From Takakia lepidozioides (lineage: Eukaryota > Plantae > Bryophyta), in assembly GCA_030704615.1 (NCBI GenBank), contig CM060732.1:46004001-46068000 (forward strand): a stretch of 64,000 nucleotides of DNA, given 5' to 3'. The notes beneath the pieces were generated by a model. That model did not search any database, was not told where the DNA came from, and worked only from the letters and a program-made list of their open reading frames with translations. Of the stretch, positions 35,084-49,200 are shown piece after piece; position 1 is the first letter of the stretch; each line of letters starts with the position of its first letter. The position numbers were made by a program, and so were the translations under genes.

Positions 35084-38000
35084 ATGGCTCGCCGTGGCAT
35101 TGGGAGACTCTGCACTATCCTACTCTTCGTGATAATTGGAGGTGTGGCACTTTACCAGGGTTTGTGGTCGATCCAAATGGAAATCGATCTGATGCGGGCT
35201 CGCAAAAATGGGTGGGTCTATTGGGCTTCTTACCCGGTTTGTGACTGTTTGGTCCAAATGGAATGGTTCTGATGGGGGTTCTGAGAGTGATATGGGTCGC
35301 CTCTTCTTGTTTGTGAATTTCAATCCTCCTGCCCATTCATTACCTTGGGTAAGTCAATTGAGCTGGTTACAGCTCTGGTGCTCAATGTCACAAGATTTGG
35401 TGCTTCCTTGTCTTACTTTTCGTCTGCTGCAGGAATCATTTTGAAAAACTTTGGACATCGTCAATGGACGAGGTGGCAGAATGGAGAAAGAAGTACGATG
35501 TTGAGAGTAGCAGAGCTGGCGAGCATCTCCGCAGTTTCACTGCGGTAGTAACCTGCCTGTCTTCGTAGCATTTCCTGAACATAGTCGTGATTCTTAAGGT
35601 GGGTGAATTCGTTAGTTCCTCCTGTAGGGATGGACACGAATTGTGTGAAAAACTTTTCAGCTTGTAGTACTGCCTATGATAGCGTGTCAAATTATTCACT
35701 ACGGAAGGGAACACCTAGAGACGATAATCATAGCCTAAGCTGCGAGCATTCGTTCAGGACCCTTGATTCTTACTAGAAATGAGGTCTCTAGTCTCTACTC
35801 CCTGAAAGTTTGAAGTTGTAAAGCTGAGGTCAGTAGGTGTGATTTCTTGTATCCTAGAATTTTTCACAATTGTGGTTATCATAGCAGACCAGCTTCTACA
35901 TGGCTTACACGAGAGATGGTCTGTTTCGAGGCAGCTCTGTTGATGACGAGCTTACAGTACATTCCACATATGAGGCAGGAAAGAAATATAGATTGACATG
36001 GTCTGTGAAGAATCGTGCAATGTAGGCATCCAGATCCAGTTGTATGTCATCACATGTGTATAAATATCTCCCTGATGTTTGAGTGTACTTGTATGCATGG
36101 TTGGGGCAGATAACTCAGCAGCTGCAAAACAAGAGTGACAGTGCTGCTGCTCTAGAGCATGAAAAGAGTAGACTGGAGAAGGTGTGTCTAACTGCTGTTT
36201 CTCATTTTTCATTTTTTCTGTCTCTCTCCTTAAGCAGTTAAGCATAGTAGAACCTAGATATCCTGCAAGGAGTCCGCTCTCTTTTTCTCTGTTTGCACGG
36301 TTTGGTTTCTGTTCTACCTCTCTCTAACGTACCGTTGAGATAATAGATTTCTGTCTCTTTTTCTCTCTCCCTCTCTTTTGTGTGTTCCTTGAGCCCTCCA
36401 GGCCTCCTGCGGGTGTAGCAATTTCCTAGTCTCTCTACAGAAAATCTGGAAGCCCACAACTTTGATTTCAAAATCGAGTTCCAGGCCCTCTGCTTACTGT
36501 GCTCCTCCCATCCCTCTCCCTTTGGTGCCACGGGCCCTTCAAGCCTCCTGTGGATGGAGTAATTTCTCTTTCTCTCTCTCTCTTTCTGTCTCTGGGCGCT
36601 CTCTTCAAATCTATTAAGGGTATTGTGCCTGTACCCCTGTTTACCAACTTTGAAAGTCTCGAGGCTGAGCCAAAAGCCCAGGCCCTCCTGAGGCCTAGTT
36701 TTTGGGCAAATCACACACAGCAGATTGATGCTTGTGTGAAGGGATTTCTAGAGGATATCTGGAAAACCCGGATTAATTCTATATATGGAGGTAAGTCTTA
36801 CTACCAACGTCAGCCCCTGACAGAGGTAGGTTCTGTCCCTTTTGTTCCCGCTCAAACTGGGCGCGGGGTCAATGGCCACAAGGCTACGGCAAACAACGTC
36901 TTATGAGTACAATCTTTCTGTCTCTGGGTCTATGGCCACAAGGCTATAGCAAACGTTGTCTTATGGGTACATTCTCTTTGTCTCTCTATGGCAAACGTCT
37001 TATGAGTACATTCTGTTTTTGTCTGCGGATAGAGACTTGTAGGTGGGCAAATCTGTGACGTGACGACCTGCTTGCACTGGGAACCACAGGGAAATTGAAA
37101 GTGGAGAACATCTCCTCATTCTGTGCCCTTTATACTATGAGATTGGTGGGAGATTCAACTGTCTAATCCAGGATACCCAATCTCTCACGGAGGACTTGAA
37201 TCACAAGGATAAACAATACTTGGCAGCTTACCTGCATGAAGCGTTGACTCTTAGACAATCCCTTGAGCAATAATCGCATTTGGGCTGCTTGTGGCCGACC
37301 CCTCTCTCTTTCTTTTTTCATTCTTCCTCTTGTCCCATAAGCTCTTTGAGCTTCCCACAGACGTTATGAAGTACCAATTCATATCAATGAAAACTTCCTT
37401 GAACTTGTTTACGTGGGTGAGGACCTTAAGGATGATCTGAAGGGCCTACTACCCTTGGCACTAGACTGAATTTTAAACTCAGGGCGGAGAGTCTACCTTT
37501 GAACAAAAAACAGATGCACAGAGGAGAGGGAGATTGTCGATGCCCGATGTGCAGAGGCAATATCCAATTTCTGATACAGGGTTCTGGGGTATTCTCATGA
37601 GAGAGTCCGTCTTCAAGACCATCAAGAACGTAGTCCCTGCACCTCTGTTCACCAACTTTGGAAATCTCGAGGCTGAGCCTAAAACCTTGGCCCTGTTGGG
37701 GTCTAATTGCTGGGCAGTTCACACACAGCAGATTGATGCTTGTGTGAAGGGATTTCTAGAGGAAATGTGGAAAGCCTGAACCAATTGTTTATACCAAGGT
37801 AAGTCCCACTACTGGAGTGAGTCGCTCACAAAGGTTGTGTCTGTTCCCTGTTGTTTCGCCCAAACTGGGTGTGGGGTCTATGGCCACAGGGCCACAGCAA
37901 ACGTCTTACATTCGATCTTGTTCCACCCACACTGTGCACGGGGTCTATGGCTACAAGGCTACAGTTATGAGTACATTCTCTCTCTCATCCCTATCTTAAG

Positions 38001-38253
38001 AGCTTTGACCAGGCCAGGCTGTTATCCCTTTAAAACCTCTGGTTGTGGCCATTCATGGCGTTCTTTCTGGTTAAGTAAAAATGGAGGTGAACTTAAGTTC
38101 TGAATGGTTCTAATTTGCTATGGGCAACTCCACTGGAATGTGCAGGAGAATATACTGTTGACAAATGAGATTACAAGATTGAAATACGAGTTGGACAAGC
38201 GAAATCAAAACGAAAGGTTGGCAGAACTCAAGGAAAATGAAAATAAGACTTAA
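35084..38253 (+). CDS. Small N-terminally membrane-anchored coiled-coil protein (~115 aa), function unknown
   Basis: Exons 35084-35211, 35433-35544 and 38146-38253 splice in frame: MARRGIGRLCTILLFVIIGGVALYQGLWSIQMEIDLMRARKNG-NHFEKLWTSSMDEVAEWRKKYDVESSRAGEHLRSFTA-ENILLTNEITRLKYELDKRNQNERLAELKENENKT*. Additional internal exons are possible. Confidence 0.55.
36595..37985 (+). mobile_element. Intronic cluster of LINE fragments (two families)
   Basis: 36595-37000 and 37425-37985 are second-family 3' ends (FKLRAESLPLNKKQMHRGEGDCRCPMC zinc-knuckle-like; ggtctatggccacaaggcta tail repeats). 37040-37385 belongs to the TTTCA-tail family (cttggcagcttacctgcatgaag...taagctctttgagcttccc). Confidence 0.75.
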
Positions 38254-40120
38254 GTCACGTTCCATATGCACCCAAAAGTAAGTTTATGTACTCACAGGTT
38301 TTGTCATTTTCATTCTGGAGTCTGTGTATTGATCCTCACGATTGCTAGTGTCTGGAGACAAACTTGTCTTATTCCTCTAGCTGCATGTTCTGTCACCATC
38401 AAGATAGTTTTTCTGGACTTCTGGCCAGTATCACTGAGTTATGTGGATCAATTATACCAAAGTTCAAAACCCCTTGATGCACACTATACAGCCCAAACTG
38501 ATACTGGTCATTTGTAATTCCTTCAGTTCAGCATGTGGATTTTGGGACATTTCACACCCGAGGCAGTTGCTCTTCGAAACATTTTGCTATCTAGTTTAGC
38601 GGTGTAAATCCAGCCCATCCCCAACCAGGCACTCGTGGCTTCCCTCTGCAGATCAGCTAGGGAAGCAGGGAGAGAGGCACCAAATGCAAAACAAGAGGAA
38701 GGAGGTGGAATAGCTGGTGAGTGATGCTGTTCTTGATTTTCAGTTGCTCATTGTTTATTGCACTGCACTGGCGTAAGAGTGTCTGGGATGACACTTATGA
38801 TATGATTTCAGAATATGATGGGTCTGAGTCTTTTATCGGGCCTTTCCCTTGATGTTAACTTCATGTTGACCCCTCCCGAACAGTGGCAATGATGAACCAC
38901 TAAGGCGGAATTCCAGTGGGGTATCAGTTTTCCTTGGGCAGGCTGTTGCCTTCCTCCTCCCCTCCCCCCCCCCCCCGCCCCCCCCCCGGGGTATGGAAAC
39001 CCAGCCTGTGTCATTTGGGCATAGCCAAAGAGTCCAGTAACAGGCACTTTGAGTATATAATTTCCAGGACCACGGTAGTAGAATGTTGATTCCAACAACA
39101 ACAATGCGGTCTATTCTCCCATTTTGTGACACTGCAGTTTATTTTTGAGAGATTTGACCTTTTGAAGCTTTTAGCATGGTAAGAGTTATGGTTAGTCTCA
39201 CTTGTATTTTATAAATGTTTGAACTTTTTGGAAAGTGCTCTTTATGAATGCATGCAAGAGTTTTGCCTTCAGACTGCCCAGCTATGGGATCGTTCAACTC
39301 TTGTCTGCACTACTCTATTAAGGCCTGCAATGTACTGTCTGCACACCAACTCCCTCATTGCACTCTAAGGAAGGGATTGTGAGCTCGAATAACCCATTTT
39401 ACTGCAGATGAAAGATTCAAGGGAATGGATATATTTTCCAGATAGATGTTTATGGTTGATGAACGATAATTTTAGATGGGTAGTGGGTAGATTTCAGACG
39501 GTATTGGTTTTAAAGGGAGTTTGAACAGGGAAAACGACAGATGCTTTGTTTTGTTTTAGTGACAATAGATCAGACTTTTAGACGATCTTTACTTTACATC
39601 AAGTAATAAACAAGCGTTACTTTTGTTTTAATTTAGTAATGATACAAAGTCAATGTATAGAGAAACTGTTTACCCGTCACTTGGGTGCCACATTTTAGCA
39701 GCTTAAAAAATGTTACAAAGTAGCTTTAGTGAGATGATTCCACTCCATTCTTCAAAGGGAGGAGTGACAATCCCGAGGACAATTACACACTGACTGCAAG
39801 ATTACAGTAAAGAATTTCATTTCCGGTTTTCGAACGGCGGATGTTCCTCAAATTAAAAGATCAAGTTTCCACAGAAGGTGACAACAAGGATATTCACAGA
39901 TCTGAAGGCTACGAATATGTATAGTTGTCATTTCCTGTGTTCAGATGGTAAGATCAACTCTACTTTCGCCTTGCAAGTTTGACTGTGTCCGTAAAAAATC
40001 TCCACATTTCCTTTGTGTCTAATTCGCAACGACTCACAATAGTGTGTACTAATCTCAGTTGCATGACGAAAGAAGGTTTATTACTGTAAGAGTAATGGCT
40101 ATTAGAAAAGCTCAACAATC

Positions 40121-41715
40121 CTAGTTCCTGCCAAATCCAAGGTTGGCATTCTCGAAGATTACAGCCTGAACAGCCGCTGCCTGCTGGGATACAAGTGCGC
40201 CCCTAAAGCTCTGCTTCACTACCTCAGGTGTAAACTGGAAGAGCCCTGGATACTTGTAAGAGTTGAGGATAGCTGCAGATCCCTGGCGCAAGAGAGATCC
40301 GAAAGCGTCTGGCCGTGTGCTGGTGAGACCTTGAAGAAGAGTAGTTGTTGAGCCAAAGATGCTTCCGGATGAACCACCGAAGAGGTCCAAAATGGTGGTA
40401 AGGATGCTCAAGATATCCGGAAATGTTGATGTGTGAGACGACCAGTAGCTGCAATAGAGCAAGAAGGAAACATTTTAAGTAATTGTGGCAAACGAGTCTA
40501 ACAACATGACACTGGAAAGACAAGGAATCTCAGAAAGGAGTAACAAGAAGTGGAGTTAAATCAAAAGACTTACTCGCACGTTCCAGGGCTAGCAGGAGTG
40601 AAGGTGGGACTGCTCGCTGGGCTACCAACAGTAGGGTCACCATATGACCCGCTCGGAGTGTACCCATTGTCACCTTCGAACTCGTTTACCTGGGCAGCGA
40701 CAACCTTCTCCCCTGAGGCAGACACATGCACTGCTGGGATACTGCTCTCCTTCGCCTGCTTCTTCTTTTCCTCGGCATTCAACTGCTCTGACCACCAGCT
40801 TGGTGTGCTACTACCTGGAGTCGCGAACCAGCCCGAAAGTGGAGGGCATCCTGGGCTTCCAGTTGTTGGGGGACTGTAGGAGGGAACCACGGGGGAGGTG
40901 GAGGGAGACAACGCCGGACCTTGTACAATGGGGGAAGACGACGAGGGAGCAGGAGACACGTATGGTGGGCTGTATGCAGGGGACGACGGAGTGATTGGCG
41001 ATGAGGAACTGGGAGCCGGAGAGCTGGGGGTGGGCGAGTAGGGAGGACTGTATGAAGGAGACGAGTAAGGAGGACTGTAAGTCGGAGACGAGGGAGTCAC
41101 TGGTGAAGATGAGCTGGGAGCCGGGGAGCTAGGAGTAGGAGAATATGGAGGACTGTAGTAAGGAGACGGAGACGAGGGGGTCACTGGTGAAGATGAGCTG
41201 GGGGCCGGGGAGCTAGGAGTAGGAGAGTATGGAGGACTGTAGTAAGGGGAGGGAGACACTGGTGAAGATGAGCTGGGGGCCGGGGAGCTAGGAGTAGGAG
41301 AGTATGGAGGACTGTAGTACGGGGAGGGAGACACTGGAGAAGACGAACTGGGAGCCGGGGAGTATGGAGGACTGTACGACGGAGACGAGGGAGTCACTGG
41401 AGAAGACGAGCTAGGAGCAGGGGAGTATGGGGGGCTGTATGAAGGGGAAGAGTAAGGTGGGCTGTATGCAGGAGACGAAGGAGTGATCGGAGAAGACGAG
41501 CTTGGGGCAGGAGCACTCGGCGTCGGAGAGTATGGAGGACTGTAAGCAGGTGATGAAGGAGTAATAGGAGAGCTCGAGCTTGGTGCAGGTGACACTGGAG
41601 TGGGAGTGGAGGGAGGGTAGTAGTTCTTCTGCCCCAATCCTACATCGGCAACAACCACTGCAGCAAGCTGCCCAACAAAGCACAGCAACAGGAGCGCTCC
41701 ATACCGGCGACCCAT
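40121..41715 (-). CDS. PROTODERMAL FACTOR 1-like secreted Ser/Pro/Tyr-rich cell-wall glycoprotein
   Basis: Exons 41715-40574 and 40448-40121 (phase 2, GTCD/YWSSH). Signal peptide; repeats of SPAPSSSSPVTPSSPxYSPPY; C-terminal domain GTCDYW..H...LLQGLTSTRPDAFGSLLRQGSAAILNS...F.FT.E.VKQSF..AL.S..AAAVQA..FENAN, typical of PDF1-like proteins. Confidence 0.85.
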
Positions 41716-43047
41716 GTCTCCCGCTCCGCTTGTCCTAGGAATAAAGAAAGAGGTGACTAGGAAGACTCCTGCATCTGCAACCTCGGAGACGGGAACACAG
41801 TCTTATAGTGTAAACGAGTGTGATGAGACGGGGAGGATGGGACCCTCTCTCCGCGTCACTGGGCTGGCTGCTGCCACCCTGGGAGTGTTGAATGCTCGCC
41901 TGCGGCCCGCTGCACCCCATTAACTGCAGGCTAACTGTCTCCTGACGTTTATCCTCTGGATTCTGCCTCCGACCTCTGGTCCTGGAAGAAGAAGGAAACA
42001 GGGTTGCATTTAATTTTTTAATAAACTTATTTTCTTAAAACAAAAAACATGGGGACATAGGCCGCTATAACTTTTGTGGGAAATTAACAAAATAAAAAAT
42101 AAGGAATAAAGAAGAAATAAAAAAAATATCTACTGTTTATTGTCTGTTTGCATAACAGAAATTCAAATATATATGAATATATATACTCCACGAATTTTGA
42201 TGTCAACCAACCAATAGAAGGGGGAAATGGGTGAGATTCAAGTTGGGTTATCTGTAAAGGCATGGATGAAAGAGGTGATTTGGTTTGTGTGGCATCCAAG
42301 GGGTGGAAGAGAACTGAGGATGAATGAACTCTGACTGAATGTCTGAGCAGATAGGGATGAAGGTGATGGGAGAAGTGGATGGATGAAAAGTTGTTTTGAC
42401 GGCTATAAAGGAGCATCCAGGGTACAGTACTTACGAGATTTCAAAAATAAAGTAACAAGTCCGGGACCCACCTTTTCCACCGTAATGTATTTATGATCTA
42501 TTTGTTGCGCTTTGACTCACCCAAACCCTAAGGCCTCCAAACTCCAAACCCTAAGAGTTTAATTTCATTTTTATTTTTTTGTTTGAATAGTGTATTGCAG
42601 GTCCTGCAGTGCAGGCTGAGACAAAAGAGGAAGGGTGTAATGACATTCATGATCATTTATGGAATTTTGTACTTGAATTTAATGTCTGTGTTGAATCTTG
42701 TGATGGGTTTTGGACAAACCATAAGTATGTATCATTACAACTCGAGGATGGTGTCATTATTACCAGAATACTGCATTATTCTTATCAGAATATTTCTTTT
42801 CTTCCCTTTTACTTCTTTTTTTCAATTTCCTTTTTCTTTCTTGGAAAACAAAAGAAAAGGAAAGAAAGATAGGGGATGGAAGCACTGATGATTGGCAGCA
42901 GTATCATGCTTATTTTCATTCTTTTTTCTGAAGGGAAACACAGGGGAGAACTACCAACTAATCAGGGCCTTTAATTATAGTGAGAGGAGAAAATAACTTC
43001 TGTCAAAGGGAAGAGGGAGAAGATTTTCATTCCTTTGTGGATAGATG

Positions 43048-44315
43048 TTCATTGATGATATCATCCATAATTGTATCCAATCAATATTCTTAGGCCTAAT
43101 TCTGTTGACGCCATTATAGCAATCATAATAGCCACCATTATTTTATCCTGTGTAATTCGATGTCCGAAATTATGGAAATCGGATTAATCTCGTGTAGAAT
43201 GTTTGTTGTGGGAAAACGATGCGAAAAACAGAGACAATGGGGCGCATGCGCATCATTTAGCTTATGTATGCAAGTTTACTCCATGTGTCTTAGTAATGAC
43301 GTCCGTCAAGGCCTCACATGTAAACTGGTATGGCCAGATTATGTAATTACATTAGCCGGTAGCTAATGTGTCGCGCATTGAAATATACATTACAATTACA
43401 CCAAGACTGTAGCGCCCAATTTTTTTTTAAAATTAAGGTGAAAGGGGAGGAAGCCCATATTAACTTTATTCGAATTATTGAAGGGAAAAAAAAATTAACC
43501 CTTATAGGCCCGAAGGCTGCCATAAGGCCTGAATGGTAGCCCGAAACGGGAAATCCAACGACCGGTAGCCCAAATTCATTGTCCATAATTGTATCCTATC
43601 GATATTTTTAGGCCTAATTCTATTCCTCATAATAGCCACCCATATTTTATCCTTGGAAATCTGATGTCCGAACATATGGAAATTGGATCAATCTCATGTA
43701 GAATGTTTGTTGGCGGAAATGATCCTAAACACTCAGACAGTGGGGCATGCACACGCGAAGTTAGTAGCGCATGTGAGTGCGTCATTTAGCTTATGTACGC
43801 AAATTTAACTCCATGTGTCTTAGTAATGACGTCCGTCAAGGCCTCACATGCAAAAGTGTTGTGGCCAGATTATGTAATTACATTAGCCTGTAGCTAATGT
43901 GTCACGCATTGAAATATACATTACGATTACACCAAGACTATAGTGCCCAAATTCATTGATGATATAATCCATAATTGTATCCAATCAATATTATTAGGCC
44001 CAATTCTATTCCTCCTAATAGCCACCAATATTCAATCCTTTGTAATTTGATGTCCCAACATAGGAAATTGGACCAATCTTGTGTAGAATGTTTGTCTGCG
44101 GAAACCATGCTAAAAACTGAGAGAATTGGCATGCACATGCGAAGTTAGTAGCATGTAAGTGCGTCATCTAGCTTATGTACGCAAATTTAACTCCATGTGT
44201 CTTAGTAACGACGTCCGTCAAGGCCTCACATGGAAAACTGTTGTGGCCAGATTACGTAGTTACATTAGCCGGTAGCTAATGTGCAGCTCATTACACCAAG
44301 ACAATAGCGCCAAAA
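43048..44315. repeat. Three copies of a ~370-bp unit
   Basis: ttcattg..ccataattgtatcc.atc.atatt.ttaggcc.aattct...ttacaccaagac..tag(c/t)gcc.aa at about 43048-43420, 43573-43951 and 43952-44315. Confidence 0.9.
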
Positions 44316-45690
44316 TTCGTTTGTTAACGGGATCCTAATCCTACGATCACACGTTAACTAGCAGAAAACTTAAAAGATGTTAGCTCGCTGATCAGTTAAC
44401 TAACGTATTGGCGGACAGCTTTTCCATTACCGTAGCACAGAGCGCTACCAGAAATCGTTTGGGTAGTGTGCGTCGGGGAGCGGGAAGGGGGGCAGTATGG
44501 GTACTGACCGAAAATTGAATTTTGAACGGGGACATGGCAGGGCATTAAATCAGGGCAGGTGTGCAGTTAATGGATATGAATTGCAGAGCTATTATTGGTG
44601 TTGACATGAGCTTGGCAGGGTCTGTTTAATTCCCTCATTTTATTAAATATGGATGCCATGTCCTTTAATAGCCCCCCCTGTAAATGACCCCTGAACTACT
44701 CTGCTAGTGACCTCCATATTCCCACAAATTCTACTAATTAATGTAGTGCAAATTTAGAATATGCCCCGAATTTGTAATATTATTTTGGTAAAAAGTCTAA
44801 ATTCGACACCACTCAATCTGTGGATGAAGGCAAGAGAAGGGAGGATGTCGTTCATCTGCTGGGTTGCTCATGATAGGACTAACTCCCCATAGTTATAAAT
44901 AGCACATAATTATTAAATATAACAGAAAAATCTTACAAGTTAAGTGAAATTCCGAAATGCTTTGGGATTATGTCTCTGTTTTTATCTTATTTTAAGAGGG
45001 GATACTAGCCCTCAGATTATTTAATATCTTACTAATATCTTAATAAAGATGATCAAATTCTGACATAACCTATGTCCTGGGCTTATGTCCCTCAACTCAC
45101 ATTGCAAAGAAACCTCATGTACCCAAACCAAGAAAACAATACTAGGTATTAGAGTAACTCAGAAAAGACTTACCAAATAAAAAGAGTTTATCTTTTAATT
45201 AAACCCCCTCGGCTCCCTATCTATCTCTCATTTACCTTAACTTTCTCCTCCTCTCTGTTCAAGTGACGGTTTATTTTAGCCCTAGACAGGCACATGGGCG
45301 TGCCAGGCTCTTCTTTTTAGTTTGTTCTTCTTTGGATGCTGTTAGGCATGGCTTGGTCTAGGACAGGAAGGTTATGTTGACACTATCTTGTACTCCTCCA
45401 GTTGGCAGAACGATTCAGTCTTCGTCTTCTGTCACATGGTCTTTTTCTTGGGTTCTCATACCCTCCCATGGGCTTAAAAAAGCCTACTTATTTAGGCAGC
45501 AAGCCGGTAGAGCACTCTATCTTCTTACGGAATATCCGGGAAGTATCCTCGGTGACGAATATCTGTTATCATGCATGGCTCCCATGCGATACGCCTGATG
45601 GCAGCCTATCAAGGGTTTTAATTTTTTTCCCTTCAATAATTCAGCAATAAAGTTCCCAACGAGGGCCAAGTCCCCTGTTTAAAATTTAAA
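43420..45690. mobile_element. Putative non-autonomous TIR element (~90-bp imperfect inverted repeats)
   Basis: aactttattcgaattattgaagggaaaaaaaaattaacccttatagg (43462-43508) versus cctatcaagggttttaatttttttcccttcaataattcagcaataaagtt (45604-45654), with flanking ttttaaaattaa / ttaaaatttaaaa. Confidence 0.45.
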
Positions 45691-46205
45691 AATGTTTTTA
45701 AAAACAAAACCATGTATCATACTTTTCTTTTTTTTTAAACAGGGAACAGAGGCCCTGGGGATTTAATTAAGTGGCAAAAAAAATAAAAAATAAAAAATAA
45801 AAACCCACCAAATATTGAGCTGTAATGCCATGCAACATGGAGTCGCATTCATGTCCCCAAGGGGCAGAGAGGGGTCATGTGGCCACGTGCACGGTCAACA
45901 GCAACATGGTGCACTAAATGCACCATGCAGTACATGAGGTACATAGACGTATGTATCATGTTACAGGTGGAGTTATGAGGGTAATGAGTTTGTCAGGCAA
46001 CGGGTTAAAGTATAATCGTGTGTTTGCATGCAGTTTAGTAGCCATGCATGCATCTGTTAGTGAGTTCATTTCACTAATTACGAGCGTCGATGGGGATGTA
46101 CGCGTTCATTCGTTCGTTCGCTCGCTGGCGTCGTCGTCCTCATTCAGAGCTCAGTCAGGGCGAGAGAGAGAAGACAAAACATCAATTTCCTCGCGATTTG
46201 TGCGC

Positions 46206-49200
46206 ATTTGCTGCAATGCAAGCGACATGGGGTAGGTAGTGATGGTGAAAGTAGGAGGAGCGATGTCAGCGGCGCAATGTCAGAGAGAGAGCGATGGGGG
46301 CGTTGAGCAATTGAGGAAGCCATTTGTAGGATTGAGCTTCTGTTTCTTCTGATTCTTCTGGTACCTTTGCTCATATCATATTCATGTTCACTGGGATATT
46401 CACTCGGGTCCTGTGTACAACATGCCTTCGAAATGAAGTAGAGAAGAAAGTGGGGACTGTAGACTTGTAATCTCGAGATTTTGGGGTGCCTATTATTGCT
46501 CTGAATTGGTTGATGCTTGGAATGTGGATGATTTGTGGAGTTGCGTGCCAGCGGGATTCATGAGGAAGCTTGGAAAATGCGTGCGCGCCACAGCACGCTG
46601 GAGGGTATGTGCGGATGGCAGATGGGCGGTACAGAAAAGGTGTCAGGAAGGAGCCAGCACACGCATAGAGGTCAACAACTAGATGTGTATTATGGATACG
46701 ACTTGGTAGTAAGTACGCAGAGATAGTCGGCCTGATAACACATGCTATACGTACTGTATTCTCGAGGATCAGCTTTTGGATCAGACGCTGAGGATTCAAC
46801 CCATCGCACATGACGTCTCATCCAAAACATCGAACCGGTGTTTATGATGACCACTTAACTCCCACAAAATTTGAAGGATTTTAACTGCAGGAAATGATTT
46901 TAACTGCAGGAAATAATTTTAAACGCGTTTATATACACACATGAGGGGGATGATGGAAAGACCATGACCTTGCAGCTTTATAAGTAGAGCTCAATGAGAC
47001 ACAGTTAGTCGTGACAGTACCATCAATCTCTAATTTCCTAGTTTGCCTCATAGCGTCGAGGTGCTCCTTTGGTTGTAAGTCCAACGGGCAGAACCAGGTG
47101 TTGCCACTTGTATCTGACACCGTAATCTACGATATTGACAAAAACTTGTTCTTCCCAACGCATGGTCCTTTTACGTAAGGAAGTACACAGGATGTTTCTG
47201 CACCAATTCAGCAACTGGACTCTGCCACAGGTGAGTGTGCTCGTCCTAGAAATCTGCCTGAGCCCTGGTTAAACCATCTTAATTGCTGGCTGATGTTAAA
47301 CACAGGGAAGGTAGGAAGGATTGCCCGAATCCTATTACAGTAATTCTTCTAGGCTTTACCTCATAGTAAATATGGGTATGAGATAAAATATATTTTCCTA
47401 CATGGTAAAATCAAGGTTGGTCTCCTTCGCTCCGTTGGATTGTGCAAGGTGGTTCTTCCAATCATTCTTTCACCGGCGGCTCTGCAACGTGGAACTCTAA
47501 TTGGCGGGCATGGATCTCCATTCACTCCAAGCTGTCCCAAAGACCCCCTACCTCTATGGAGGAGGTCTTAAGACAACCTCTTTTTGGTACCACTATCCAA
47601 GACTCTCAGCTGTTGATTAAATGCTCGGCCAAATGGGCCCATTGGGAAGCTGCTGGGGTTTCCAGTTTCCTTCATATTTGGGAGGACGGAGGCGGGGGCT
47701 GCTCTCTCCACCAGAAGGTTAGGAACTGGGTGGGATGTGGTTACTGGCGACATTCCTGTTTCGTGGATCTCCCTTGCCTCTTTTCCAGCTAATAGATGTG
47801 CTCTCTCTCTGTCTGGCTTTGGGGTGTGGGGGGGGGACGCTGGTAATCGTTTTGCCTTTTTTTTGTTCAGAGAGGGTGATTTCCTGCATAGCTGGAAGTT
47901 TCAAGTTTTATCATCTGGTTTCCTGCATTCCCCGCAAATGGATTGTGTGTTGGAGGCCCCCTTTTTGCCATTCGTGTTTTCTGTATGGCTTCAGGTGTTG
48001 TAAACCCTTTTGCTGACAATGGGGGTCACACCAACCCCAGGCTGCTCTGGTTTCTAATAGCTCCCCTCTCCTTATTACAATTTGAACCGGGGGAATGGGT
48101 TTGGGCTGATAATAGCCGCTCTCCCTTTTTTGCTTACACTGTCAAGATGGGCTACTCTTTGCTAAATCCAGTCATCTCTCTAGATGCTAAGTGGACTAAA
48201 AAATGGTTGCATTTGCCTGGCTATCCCACCACATGAAAACCTATTTGGAAGGATGTTTGGCACAAAGACAGGGCAACCAAGATCTGTGGCTTCCTCTGGA
48301 AGCTTGTCAATCGGGTGTTACCTATTCTTAGCCACCTTCCGGATGCTCCCCCCTCTTGCAAGATCTGCAACCTTAATGCTTCCGAAACCTTAGAGCACTG
48401 CTTTGTGGAATGCCAGGTTGCCAGGCAGGTGTGGGGTAAGGCCTTATGTTTTCTACGCCTTTTGGGAAGGATTCCATGCTTCTGTTGGAAAGCCAGATGC
48501 GCTTTCATTTTTTCTGGTAAGCTTGTTTGTGTGCGCACAATCCATTGTAAGACTCACTCAGAATTGATGTCTAAAGCTCGCAAGGCTTGGCTGGTTTTGG
48601 GAGTAGCTCTTCGCAGATGCGGCGACAAGAGAAGAGCCCAATTGCTTGAAGATTTTGATGGAACATGGGGCAGAGGTGGACGGCTCTGTACAAGGGAATC
48701 TGATTCCAGAATTACCTGGTGTGACGCTCTCCCACAAGGCTGGTAGCTCCCTCAGCACTATGCGATCTCCAGTAGGTGGTGAAGATTCGGAGGTCAATTG
48801 GAGGCATAAAAGGTCTTCTAAGATGGACAAGACTCGGGCCCAGCTCTCTTATGGTAGTATCAGCTGACTATAGATCCCAGGGCCTCGAGAAACATGTGCC
48901 TTAAGTTACTTTGGGCTTTCTAGGTCTGGCTCTTGGTGTTTTGCGCTATCTTGATGTAGCTTCTCGCTACCTTTTTCCTTATGGCTAAGTCTGTCCCTAT
49001 TGGGCTAGCTTCTACAGCATTTCTTTCTCTTCCCCGAAGCAGTGTCTTTATGTATCAGCCTGCATGGCATTTTTCATAGAGGTTATTTTTTTCTTCATGG
49101 ACATTTTAAGTCCTATTTATATAAAGTTTATGAGGCCTCCGCCCCTCTTGTGTAAAAAATTTAAAAAATAAAATAAAATCAAGGTAAAACTTAGATTGGC

